From: the human T2T-CHM13v2.0 reference genome, Homo sapiens
DNA length: 64,000 nt
Reading direction: 5' to 3' (one strand)
Assembly (NCBI RefSeq): GCF_009914755.1
Contig: NC_060941.1
The translations under genes and the position numbers were made by a program. Positions 1-13,175 of the stretch are shown piece after piece (within the stretch, counting starts at the first letter, position 1; the number at the start of each line of letters is the position of its first letter). The notes beneath the pieces are model-generated. The model had not been told where the DNA came from. It saw only the letters and a program-made list of their open reading frames with translations, and made no database searches.

Positions 1-801
1 CTGGTGTTTAGGGTTAACCTTCCCACCACCTTCTTTGTCCCCGCTTTGCTGACTACTGGAGCCCCTTGGAAGTGTGGGGTGCAGTTAAGGTGGGGGCTTT
101 AGGAGAGGCGGGGCAGGTGCCACTTTGCTGATGCCAGGTGAGAAGGGTTTCTTTGGTGAACTAGTCTCTTGTTGCCCAAGTTCTGGCCCTTTGTTTCTCC
201 CACCTCCCCTAGTTGTCAGTCCCTGGGTCTCCTCTCCATCCTGGGTGGTGGCTTGAGTGAGTTTAAATACCCAGGGAGGAGTTCTCTGGTTCTTAGGACC
301 AAGGGAGATGAGCAGTGGATGTTCACAGGGGTAACCCAGAGGGCCCCGATGGAGTGCCAGCCCTCACAGACTCGCCATAGACTAGAATCCTCACTCTGTC
401 AGGGCCTGGAGCAGGATCCCTGCTTCTGCCTGCATCTCTTACAGGTCCAGAGAGGCAAAGGGAGTCTCTGGGGCACATAGCTTGTTATCTGGCCCCTTGC
501 TGAGTGAGGATAATTGTGTGTCTCTTTTACCTGGCTGCTACACCTCAGTTTGATGGGCCTTCATGAGGCTCCATTTCTGATTCTCTGTGGGGCCCTCTTC
601 TAGGGCAATGAGAAGGAAATAATCATGACTCCCTGTCCTCCATCTCTCCCAAATCTCTTGTACATCCAGTAGATTGTTCAAAAGACTATGATGCCTTAAA
701 AACATATGTCAAATAAAACAAGCCAGGCACAACAGTACAGGACATAGAGTGTATGATGCCACTTATATGAGAAAATTCATAGTCATAACAAGTAAAATAT
801 A

Positions 802-1106
802 AGCCGGTGTGGTGGCTCATGCCTGTAATCCCAACACTTTGGGAGGCTGAGGCAGGAGGATCGCTTGAGCCCAGGAGTTTCGAGACCAGCCTGGGTAACA
901 TGGTGAAACCCCATCTCTACAAAAAAATTACAAAAAATTAGCCAGGCGTGGTGGCACACACCTGTAGTCTCAGCTACCTGACAGCCTGAGATAAGAGGAT
1001 TGCTTAAGCTTGGGAGATCAAGACTGCAATGAGCCAAGATTGTTCTACTTTACTCTAGCCTGAGTGACAAGGGACTGAAACCCTGTCTCAAAAAAAAAAA
1101 AAAAAA
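802..1106 (+). mobile_element. Alu (J-like), full length
   Basis: Dimeric Alu with GGATCGCTTGAGCCCAGGAG, A-rich linker and A-tail. Confidence 0.9.
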
Positions 1107-1222
1107 GGAAAATAGAGGTTACTAGGGCTGGGGGAGGGGGAAATGGGGAGTTATTTAACGGGTACAGAAAAGGTCAGGAGGTGGATACTGGTGATGGCTG
1201 CACAGCATTTTAAGTGTACTTA

Positions 1223-1579
<357 letters not shown>

Positions 1580-2625
1580 TTACCAAAATAAAATACTTAT
1601 TTCAGAAAAGAAGACTGTGATGCCAAAAGGATTTTTCCCACCCATCACTCTATCCCAAATTTCTGACCCCATTGTTTTTGTCCTCCTCTGCTCATTTTAA
1701 TTCATTTTGGGGGTTATTCAGCACTAAGTTACTAATTCATTGTAAATGCTAATGCATCTGTGAAGTAAAAATGATTATATGTTAAGGAATAACACTTATT
1801 GATAATTAAGTGTTCTGTTGCTTCTTTGCTTTCCCCAAATGGAATAAATAAATATTTTAGACATAATCAAGTTTGTTTTCTCTGCTCGGGCCAAACAGAC
1901 AGAGATGTTGAAATGATATAGGTCTTTAAAACACTGCAAATGAGTCTTGACATTGCTGAATTGTTATGCATCCAGGGTACATAGGCTTGAAATCCGGGCT
2001 ATCTCCTTTAATCAGGAAAATCATTTTTGTGATACTTGAATTTTGAGTCCTGTGGGGTTAGGAAAAGGACCAGCGGGGAGAATATCAGAGTCAGAATTTG
2101 AGATGATGCCCTGAGTCTTGCCCCGACCCTTCCTGGTGCAACAGTCTGCATTTTAATTCCTGTCTCCTACCTCAGTTGCCTTTCTTCCCATCTCAGAGTG
2201 GGAAACTGGGGCATCAGAGAGTCCTGAATTACCATTCAGGGTATGGAGGTGATTTGTGCAGTGGACCAGGAAGGAGTTGGTTTGCAGCAGGAAAGCAGCT
2301 TCCATGGCCGGGAACTCAGCCATGGCCTGCCATGGTGACTTGACTTTACTCTGGCCTGTATTCTAGGATCAAGTGTGGATCTTTGCTTAGCTGCAAGGTG
2401 GCTTTAAACTAGGCTGTCCTCTGGCTCATGGGGCAGTGCCCTTCAGTGGTGGCACTGACTTCATGTTCTTTCCCCATAGCCAGGATGGGTTTTTCTCATT
2501 CATCCACTCTCTCCTGCCTTCAGTCCAGAGCAGCATGATTGGCCAAGTCAGCAGGCCTGGCGGGAGGAGGTTGCGTGCAGCCCCCCTGTGTGGGATATGG
2601 AGGCAGCTGAAACCTAGAACCTTGC

Positions 2626-3071
2626 TGTATTAGTTTTCTGTGGCTGCCGTAACAAATTACCACAAACTTCGTGGCTTAAAACAACAGAAACTTCTTGTCT
2701 CACAGTTCTGGAAGCCAGCGCTGCACTCCCGCAAGAGGTTCTGGGGGACAGTCGTTCCTTGCCTTCTGGAAAACCAGCTTCTTAAGACTCCAGGTGTTCC
2801 TGGTTTGTGGCAGTACCACTCCATTCTCTGCCTACCTCTGTCTTCACATGGCCTTCTTCTCTTTCTCTGTGTCTCAAATATCCCCTGTTTGTCTTTTAAG
2901 GACACCTGTCGTTGGATTTAGGGCCCACCCTAAATCCAGGATAATCTCTTCTCAAGATTCTTAATTAAATTACATTTGCAAAAGCTCTTTTTCCAAATAA
3001 GGTCACATTCATAAATTCCAGGGATTAGGACATGGATGTATGTTTGGAGGGCCACTATTCAACCTGCTACA
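2626..3071 (-). mobile_element. MaLR solo LTR (MLT1 family)
   Basis: TGTATTAGTTT...AACAAATTACCACAAACT...CTCACAGTTCTGGA...TACA, with TG/CA ends and 5-bp TSD CTTGC/CTTGT. Confidence 0.85.
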
Positions 3072-4655
3072 CTTGTCCTAATTAGCAGTGAGGTTCCCTA
3101 AAAACTGGCCTATCCTGGCTTGTTTTATTTGCAAGGTGCCTGGGCGTGGGGGCTGGGGCAGAGGGGTGACCTTCAAAGACAGATGAGACCCAGAGTGCCC
3201 CACAGGCTGGAAGTGAGGGGTGAGAGGGAGACGCTGTCCCTGCATGGGATCCTCTGACTCGTGCCTGTTCGTGAATTGTGCAAGCAGAGGGCCATTGCCT
3301 TGTTGATCTCCACGTCCTTCACAGTGCCTAGCACAGGTGGCAGCTGGTAAACGCAGAAGGAAGAGCGGAATCAGTCTTGAGGCAAAGCAGTGACTCAAGT
3401 GGATTAGCAAGATGCTCAGACCCTGGAGGAGCAGAAATGGCTCATTCAGTCACTCACTTAGCACTTGGTGTGTGTTAGGGGCCCTGTTCCGTCCTGAGGA
3501 CCCTTAGAGGACAAGACCCCAGCATCACCCTCTTGCAGGGCGCTCTGGCTTGAAGGCACGCTGGCCAATTTCCGCGGCCTCCGCAGTGCCACCCCTCCCT
3601 CCCTGTGGGATTGCGGGAGGGTGCTGGCTCTTAATCCATTCTACTGGGGCCAGTTAGGATCTGGGCCCTAGGAGGGTGGGGCTGGGGGAAGGGGATTAAC
3701 CAAAAAGATTAAGTTCCTGGCTGAGTGCTCCAGGGGTCCTTGACTGGGTGGGAGTTTTAACCTGATGTTTTTAAGGCTCCTCCCAACCCAGGATTCCTGA
3801 GACATACCCCAGTAGGGTGAGCTGAATGCCCTCAGGAAACTGAAAGTGCTTAAAGGAGCGCTTGAGGAACAAATACCCCAAAGCCCAAAGAGAAGTGGCT
3901 TGGGGACGTGTCGGTGTGGCTCTTCTCCAGCTCTGCAATGATCAGTGGGACCAAGGGCCAAGGAGAAGGAGATGCCCAAAGAGAGGGAATAGGATAGCGT
4001 TCCCAGCAGCTTTCTCTCAAAGGACCTGGTTTAGGGGGTAGGGGGTATAAACCTGGTGAAAGGTTTTTTTGTTGGACAGCATTTCAAACCACGTATCCTG
4101 TCGGATGTCTGCTTCAGGCCTCTGAGGTAACTGAGAACCTAGCTTTTACTGGGTGACACTGGGAGAAACTCGGCATCTTTGAGCCCCTCCAGCAGACACT
4201 CATGTCCACTTTATGGTACATCTGATGCTGCCTTATGTATCTACAACAGGCTGGACTGTGTATGCTGGGAGCACTGGCCCAGTATTTGGCGGGTGGTGGT
4301 AGCAAATGACATGATAAAGATCACGATTGCTGTGTTTCGTGGTCCTAGCCCTCTGTTTTACTGGAAATGGTTTGAGAGCAGATAGTAGCCTTTTTTATTC
4401 TCATACCGAAGAATCTGCTAGTCCCTGCAGGAGCTATGCTAAAGGAGCTCCACATATCAGCTCCCTGTTTCCTGGTGTTCCTTGGAAGATGGTGATGTTA
4501 GAGTTGGATGCATGAGAGTCAGAAGGGACCTGAGAAATTCCCTCTCCGTCTTGTGTTGCAGGGACCCAAAATAGACACAGAGTTTGAAAAGGAAGCATCT
4601 GTATTTTGCTCATTGACTGGAAACACAATTATCATAATATAATTGTGATAGAACA

Positions 4656-4729
4656 GCCATTCAGTTTTTGTCTTCCTGCTTGGTGTGTCTGGCCATTCAG
4701 TTTTTGTCTTCCTGCTTGGTGTGTCTGGC
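4656..4729. repeat. Perfect 36-bp tandem duplication
   Basis: GCCATTCAGTTTTTGTCTTCCTGCTTGGTGTGTCTG at 4656 and 4692. Confidence 0.95.
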
Positions 4730-4767
4730 TTAGTGTTCAGCCAGGTTCATACCTTTGGGGAGAAGAG

Positions 4768-5130
4768 TGTCTTAGCTGGGGCGGCTATAATGAAGTACCA
4801 TGGTCTAAGAAAAACGGTTTATTTCTCACAGTTCTGGAAGCTGGCAGTTAAGAGCAGGGTGCCAGCATGGTCATTTCTGGGAGGGCCCCCCTTCCTGTGT
4901 ACAGACAGCTGCCTTCCTGTTGCATCCTCGCATGGTAGAGAGAAAAAACAAGCTTTCTAATGTCTTTCTGTAAGGGCACTAATTCCATTTATGAGGGCCC
5001 CATCCTCACGAACTCATCACCTCCCAGAGGCCTGAACTCTTAATACCATCACATTGGGAGTTTGGATTTCAACATGAATCTGGGTGGGGGGTCGGGGGGC
5101 AGCAAGGGGCAGCCACAAACATTCAGATGG
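4768..5130 (-). mobile_element. MaLR solo LTR (MLT1A-like)
   Basis: TTTATTTCTCACAGTTCTGGA, TAAGGGCACTAATTCCATT, TAATACCATCACATTGG. Confidence 0.75.
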
Positions 5131-6227
5131 CAGCAGACAGCCTTGTGAATCCTGATTTGGGCTGTGACAGGAGGTGTGAAACCCAGGGTCCAGTTCTACC
5201 ACCTTCATTTGCAGATGCAAAAGTTGAGGCTCAGAGAGGGGAAGGGGCTCCCCCAGATTAAACATAAAGTAGATGCACAGTGAGAAGTGGAAGCCAGGTC
5301 TCAGTCTCCCCATCAGTGTGTCTGCCCCCATGGCCTGTGCTCCCTCGCCATGTTAACGCTACCATGTGGCAGCTGCATCCCATCCAAGGAGGGTGCAACC
5401 CTGCATGGGGCCATGTGGTAAAGCAGCACTTACTGAGTGGGGTCACAGATGGGGCCACATGCTGGAAACGCTGTCGGAGGCGGGAGGAGAAGAAAGAAAG
5501 GGGCAGGAGGGTAGGAGAGGAACTGAGGATACTGAGCAGCAGTCGCCTGCCAAAATTCTTCAGTGCAGCTTGTCTAGCAAAGCCGGTCTCCAGCAGAGTA
5601 CATACAGTGGATAGCTGACGGGCTGACAGCAGGCATCAAACAGTCTTAAACTGCCCCAAATCCAGAGCGCTTTTGAAGCAGCAGTATAAAAAGGATGCCT
5701 GCGCGGAACAGAGGCCTGAAACTTTTAATAGTTTCTTCCAGGCCTCAGGATGTCCTGATGAGGTATTAGAGGAAGTAATTCAGGAAGAAAAGGACAAATA
5801 ACCACCTCCGTCTGGAGGCCGACCCGAGGGCTGGCCAGGGCTGCTCGCGGAAAGGGCAAGCGTGGCCCCGCAGTGATCCACGAGGCTCTGGTTAGCCCAC
5901 CCGCCTGCTGCCGTGCACAGAGCCACGGGGCTCTGACCCTTGTAAATAACAGACAAGTAAATTTCTTGTTTGCTTCGGGGCAAATGTAAACCACACAGTG
6001 CCCGCTGCATGTGGGTGAAATCATTAACTTTTCCTCGCTGTCGGAAGGGTGCTCAGTACAAATTAGAAATCATTGCCTCCAACCTCAAGGTCCTCCCAAG
6101 GATCCGCCTACCTACCCCCAGACCAGGAGGCTGTCAAGACCTCAGGACGTCAGAGAAAAACCTGGGCCTGCCAGAACTGAACTCACCCCGCCTCTCTTTG
6201 TTTTTTCTTCTCTCTCTTTTCCTTTAG

Positions 6228-6310
6228 GGTTTGGCTTTGTCACTTTTGAGAATGAAGATGTTGTGGAGAAAGTCTGTGAGATTCATTTCCATGAAATCAA
6301 TAATAAAATG
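6228..6310 (+). CDS. MSI2: MSI2 coding exon (approx. exon 8, 83 nt), RRM2 RNP1 region: (G)[27 protein letters not shown]
   Basis: Long pyrimidine tract ending CCTTTAG (AG 6226-6227), perfect donor ATG|GTAAGT at 6311. Translation contains RNP1 GFGFVTF and matches Musashi-2 RRM2. Confidence 0.97.
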
Positions 6311-6469
6311 GTAAGTGTGTAGGGGTTGCGCTGAAATGGAATGCCCCCTTTCTCTACGTACACACCCAGTCTTGCAGACTGGTCCAGCCCATCATCAGGC
6401 TGGAGTGGGCAGGGGTGGGGAAGGGGCTAGATGCTCGGGGTCCAGGCCTGTGAACAGTAGCAGTTGTTT

Positions 6470-6822
6470 CATACTGAGGTGGACAAACTCTGTAAAGGGC
6501 CAAGTCGTGAATATTTTCATCTTTGCAGGCCATAAAGCTGACTGCAGCTACCCAGTTCTGCTGGGTAGCGTCCATAGGCAATGCATACATAAAGCAGTGG
6601 GGCTGTGTTTCAATAAAGCTTTGTTTATGGACACCAAAATTTGAACCTTATGTAATTTTCACAGATCACAAAATATTAATTTTTTAACCACTTAAAATGT
6701 AAAAACCAGGCCAAGCATGATGGCTCATGCCTATAACCTCTGCACTTTAGAAGGCCAAGGCAGGAAAATCACTTGAGGCCAGGAGTTCGAGACGAGCCTG
6801 GGAAACATAGCCAGACCTCATC

Positions 6823-6857
<35 letters not shown>

Positions 6858-7102
6858 AGCTGGGTGCAGTGCACCTGTACCCCACCTACTCGAGGTGAGA
6901 GGATCACCTGACCCCAGGAGGTTGAGGCTGCAGTGAGCCATGATCACACCACTGTACTCCAGCCTGGGCAACAAAGTGAAACCCTGTCTCAAAAAAAATA
7001 AAAATAAAATAAAATGTAAAAGCCGTTCTCAATTCTTGGACTTTACATAAACAGGCAGAAGGGCGGGATTTGACCTATGAGTCGTAACTTGCTGGCACCT
7101 GG
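6470..7102. mobile_element. MER58-type hAT DNA transposon with an Alu inserted
   Basis: CAAACTCTGTAAAGGGCCA...AATATTTT, GGCTGTGTTTCAATAAAGCTTTGTTTATGGACAC. Confidence 0.7.
6709..7014 (+). mobile_element. Alu (J-like) with expanded A-linker
   Basis: Alu dimer, long A run at about 6827-6855, TSD AAAATGTAAAAACC/AAAATGTAAAAGCC. Confidence 0.88.
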
Positions 7103-7365
7103 CTTAGGATATTCTTTTGCTGTGCAGCTTTTGAGAGGTATATCCTAGATAGGAAGTTTACTGCACCAAACTATTTTTCTCTTTGGGTCCTGCTGGAAAA
7201 TTAACATTCCCTCCCTTGCCATCAATTAATTTCTGCCCTCTTGATCAGCTGCTTCCTTCCCTCTCTTTGGCTCTTTAAAGTTCCTTTTTCTGCCACAGCA
7301 GCCTCAAGAGGAAGGGAGGTTGGATTACTGGAAGTTTGGGAAGTCGTGTAGGCCTCCCAGATCAG

Positions 7366-7384
7366 TGGCCACCAGAGGGTGCCA
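7366..7384 (+). promoter_or_regulatory. CTCF-like motif TGGCCACCAGAGGGTGCCA
   Basis: Close match to the CTCF core consensus TGGCCACCAG(G/A)GGGCGC(T/C)A. The notable difference is a C>T at the CpG. Confidence 0.55.
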
Positions 7385-8015
7385 TATCATGCATAGCATT
7401 TGCACACTCACAAACTCCTTTCTTCGGATTGAGTAGGAGGGTGAGAATTCCCTTCTTTGTTGGTTCCAGAAAAATAGAAGCTCAGCAGGTGTTTCTGGAA
7501 CCAGTCCTTTGGAGCAAAAACATTTTGGTTGGCCACGAGAGCCTCCAGCCTCAAGAGAAGAGGGAGGGCAAATCTGTGTTTCAATTGCAGCTGTAACTTT
7601 AATATTTTCTTCCTTTTGTCAAAACATTTCTTGCTTCTAAAACATGCGTTCAGACATGCATTGTATATTGGTCTGATATGTGTTCACCAACTTTAAATTC
7701 AATAATAGAGCTTTTAGTGTGGATAAGATCAAAGCAATCTGCTTAGCATGTGGCGCTACAGGCCTGATTCAATATTTGACTTGCTAATTTTTTCCCAGGG
7801 CACTAAAATAATATTGTTCGTATTGTTCCTTGCCATCATATGCATCTGAAATGAAAATACTCTTTTTTTGCGTACTGTATGTTGGAGGCATCAACTCAGA
7901 CATTAAAATGGTAGGAGGGAGATAAGTGTGACAGAATAACACAGGTCCCCTCATAGGCTTTCTCAGCTCCCCAGATGTCCGTGCAAGTTTACAGTTGGTA
8001 CTTTTCTCTTGGTAG

Positions 8016-8367
<352 letters not shown>

Positions 8368-11300
8368 TGAAACTTGCATCCACTGCCCAGATGCCTTGTT
8401 TATCCTAGCCAGAGCACGCCATTGACAGGCTCCACTAAGGCTGCTGGGCAGTGGGGAATAGAAGAGAGTACTGGCAGATGCCATTCCTGTCTTGCCAAGC
8501 CTTAAGGGTTCATCAGGAAAGGCCAGATGTAGACCGGAAGGACATTGCTCCATTTGTCACCTTGAATGCATATGTGTAGCCCTTCCCTGTTGACAGGCTT
8601 TGAAACAAACCCGAGACACAGATGGGGAAAGGCTTTATCCTGGGAAACTGAGGCTCAGGGGATAGGTCCCAGGCTATCCAGAGAGCGAAGGAGCATAGGT
8701 CTTGAGCTTACTGGTGCCAAAGGAACTATATAGACAGTTGTTGGAGCTTGGGGGTGGGAGGGTGAATCCCCAGATAACCCGGGCAGCAATCAGGAAGTAG
8801 AGCTTCTGCCCCAGAAGAAGAACCCATGGGGCTGGCTTGAAGCCAGAGAGATTTGCAGCCATTTTCCTGTTTCATATTTATCGCCTTCTCTCCCACCCAG
8901 GTGGAGGGTGACTATGTCAGGTGCACGTAACCGGGTTTTTAGTGTAAGGGTTTGTGTTTGCCTTTGAATCTGGGGCTAGTACTTGTTCTTCAAGAGAATG
9001 AGCAAAGATGGAAGTAGACAAGAGGAAGAAGTGGGGGCAGATTGATTCGGATGACAGGCTTTGGAGGTGTTGGTCCACGTTCCCAGCACAGCCCAACAGT
9101 TATGAGCTCCAAGGTGGGGAGTTTAGAGGCCCTGGGAGAGGACTTTGGAGAAGAACACTGGGCCTTGCTGAGCTCCAGTAAGACAGGGCTGGTAATGATA
9201 CTGCCTCATTGGGTTGTTAGAGACTGGGTGACATACCAGGAGCAAAGGGCTTACTTAGCACAGTGTCTGCACAGGGTGCAAGCTTGATCTGTGTTATCTC
9301 TTGCCATTATCCTTGCCATCATCCACGAGTTGTCATTGAGAGAGATTTCTCCAGCCAATTCCCCTCCTCTGAAGAAGGGTGGAATTTAAAGGGTGTTGGT
9401 AGAGAAGCCTGCATCCTGAATTGTTTTGGTTTTTGTGATACTGGTTTCTACTTCTGAGGCCCAAAGAAAAGGAAATGAGTTTAAACTGGGCTATGGACAG
9501 AATTCAAATGAGATATCTGGAAAAACTGAAAACTCAGAGACTGCCAAACAAGAACATGGATGATTGTTAGAATGTGCATAGGAGTGTTTCATAAACAGGA
9601 CTGTGCTGTGAAACCACAGACCCATCTCCTCAAACCCTCGCAATCTTTCTGGGTATTTGGCAGGAAGTGGCAGATAGCTGCACCCCCTGGTACATACTGG
9701 AGCCATGATTTTTTTATATTCACAGATGGGAAAGGTCTTACTGCAGATTAGTCACAGACATAGTACTTGAATCTAGGTCTTCTGGTTCAATCTCATGTGC
9801 CTGGCACTTAGGAGACCCTGTATAAATAATTGTGGACTAAATAAAGGATTCACTGAAGGACCACATGTCTGTGAGGCACATTATAATTCCTAAAGCCATT
9901 GCCCATCTAATTGGGTCGGGGAGTCTCTTCCTGGGCATTTTTTAAAATGGAGTTCCTTCTCTACCATGCAGAAGGGCCAGGAGAAGGCGTGAGTCATTCT
10001 ACTCACAGGGGACCAGGATAGCTGTCTTTGGGAAGTGGGGATCACAGGAATCCTTCCTTCATTCTCCATGTAGGCCCTGCCTTAAGGAGGTTATCTCCAG
10101 GCAGGAGGATGCCCAGAAAGACCCCACATGACACCCTTTCACACATAAAGATCCCACTAATAGCTGACATTGGGTGGTACAAACTACATACTCTACTAAA
10201 CACTTTATGCATCATGCATCTTATTTCATTTGATTTTCACTTACTCTTTAATCATTATCCCCACTTACAGATTGGCAAGGCAAGGCAGAGAGAGGTTAAG
10301 CAGTTTGCCCAAGGTCACATGGTCAGCAAATGGCAGCCCCAGAATTCGAGCCCAGAAAGCTATACTCCAGAGCTCACATCTGTACCCATCAGACTGTGTG
10401 TCCCCTTCAGGCCAAAAGGGGCTTTCAGGGTTATGTAGCTGGGCTGCAGGCCCTCCATCACTGACCACCCTTTCCCAGTCAGCTATGTCGTGGCCCATGT
10501 GGTTCCATGTTCTCCTAGGAGAAGAGCAGAGGAGACAGGCCAGATTCCCAGCTAGGGAGAAGGACCACGCTTGGGTTTTACAGGTCCCAGATCTCCATGC
10601 CTCTTCCTCCACTGCCACAGACACAGATAAGTGACGAGCATGGGTCAGGAGCTGACTGCCACCCAAGCTCAGGGCCAAACCCACAAGCTCTCCAAGCCAG
10701 AGCAAAATGCAAATGTGGCTCTTTATCAATAAACACACACAAATGCATGCACAGAGCTGCCTCGTGACCCACCAGAGAGGGGATCCTCCCTGGCCACTCT
10801 GTGTGCCCCAGTGCGGGTGCAGCTAATAATGCCTCCCGTGGCGTCCCCCTGATTGAAGCAGCCCCTGAGCAGCAGGGACACTTGCTTGATGAGTCACCAC
10901 AGCCCAGCCTTCAAGCGGCCTCCTGACGAGCCGGGCAGCAGCAGGAAGGGAGGTGAGAATTGACAAGAGCCACCTCCAGGCATCCGCAGAGGCCTAGTAC
11001 AGCCTAGAGCTTGAAATGATGTTGGGGAGCCATCACCACCCTCATTGGGTGAGAGCGTGGGTACAGCCTGAAAGGTGCCTAGGACGAGGGCATCTCGGGT
11101 AGAGCCTTTCCTCACGCCTGATTCACCAGAAAGGAATCGGTGCTTATAGGCACTGGGACTGTGCTTTACGTGCGTGCTGTCTCCTTTTGTCCTCACAACA
11201 TCCTGAGCAGGAGTCCTCATCTCATTTTACAGAGGGGTTCACTAGAGCTCAGCAGCAGTGGATCTTCCTTGGTGGGACAGTTCTAAGGGATAGAGCTGGG

Positions 11301-11469
11301 ATTTGAACCTGTGTCATTCTGGTTCCGAACCCTCTGTTCTTCTCATTATACCTTGCTGCCCATTTAGGCAAACCTAGTATTTGAAAAATATGGATTTATA
11401 TGATGAGTGAATATCAAGAAGAGTTTTTATTTGCTTCATACAATACTACTGCAGGATTACTTTAAATCA

Positions 11470-12019
<550 letters not shown>

Positions 12020-12139
12020 ACACCCCTGCTTTAAATAGTCCTTTTTCTTACTCCTTTAAGGTGATAGGATTTACAGAAATTTGCTAAGTAACTCATGGGT
12101 ACAGCTACTTTGGTTGTCCCTTGTCTTGGAATGAGAGGT

Positions 12140-12310
12140 CTGGATGCTGGTAATCAAAGTGTGGTCCATGTACCAGCAGCCTTGGCAGCCCCTAGGAGCT
12201 GGTTAGGAATGCAGAGTCCCAGGACCCACCCTAGACCTACAGAGTCAGAATCTGCATGCTGACAAATCCCCAGTGATTGGCGTGCACATTAAAGTCTGAG
12301 AAGCACCAGG
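12140..12310. mobile_element. MER5A-like DNA transposon
   Basis: TCAAAGTGTGGTCC..ACCAGCAGC...TTAGGAATGCAGAGTCCCAGG...CACATTAAAGTCTGAGAAGCAC. Confidence 0.75.
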
Positions 12311-12985
12311 CAAGGGCCACTGCTAATGACAGATAATGTGGGACTTGTGGGTCATAAATTGCCCAGCCATCATCATCAGAAGGAAGGGACTTGGGAATGA
12401 AGGGAGCACGGAGCCAGGCCAAATGGGGCCAAACCAGGCCTGGCACCTGGACCTCCAGGCCAGTCTGGTGCTCTTGGCACCACTCCATACTCCCTCTATG
12501 GTCAAACAGAGACCAGATTTCCGAAGATCTCCCAGAGGAAGCTCTCAGTGCCAGAGACTGCTCCCGCCCCTCACCATGCCCTACCCCTCTGGGTGCAGGC
12601 CTTGGAGCATTGCTTGCAGAAGACACGTGAGGCATGCATCTCTTGGGGTAAAGGGCTCGATTCTCCTGAGTGAGGTGCACGTGTCCTTGTCCCCAAGTCG
12701 GGACCTGCTGGGTCACTTAGAGGCACCAAGAGAGCCTTGGAACCTGAGCCTGAATCCCAGGTCCACCGCTGGTGATTCTGTAACCACAGGCGAGTGCCCT
12801 ACCTGTCTGCACCAGTTTGCTCCTGTGGGAAATCAGAAGGTTGAGGATGGCTGCCTTTTGCAGCTTATATAAAGCTCTGCTTTGATACCTGGAGGTCTCG
12901 GCCTGTTCTGTTGTAGGGTATGTAATTGGGTAGCCTTGAAGGAATCAGCCCTTGATAACTTCACGTTTCCCCCACTGGGCCTAAG

Positions 12986-13175
12986 CCAGGGGCCAGCAAA
13001 TTTTCTGTAACGGGCCAGAGAGTCTCTGTCACATCTACTCAGCCCTGCCATTGTAGCACAAACACAGTCCAGGCAATATATAAATGAAGGGGCGTGGCTG
13101 TGTTCAAATAAAGCTTATTTGCAAAAACTCATGGCAGCTGGGTTTGGCCTGCTGGCCACAGTTTGTTGACTCCTG
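12986..13175. mobile_element. MER58A-like DNA transposon
   Basis: CAGGGGCCAGCAAATTTTCTGTAA...GGCTGTGTTCAAATAAAGCTTATTT...CAGTTTGTTGACTCCTG (terminal inverted ends). Confidence 0.75.
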
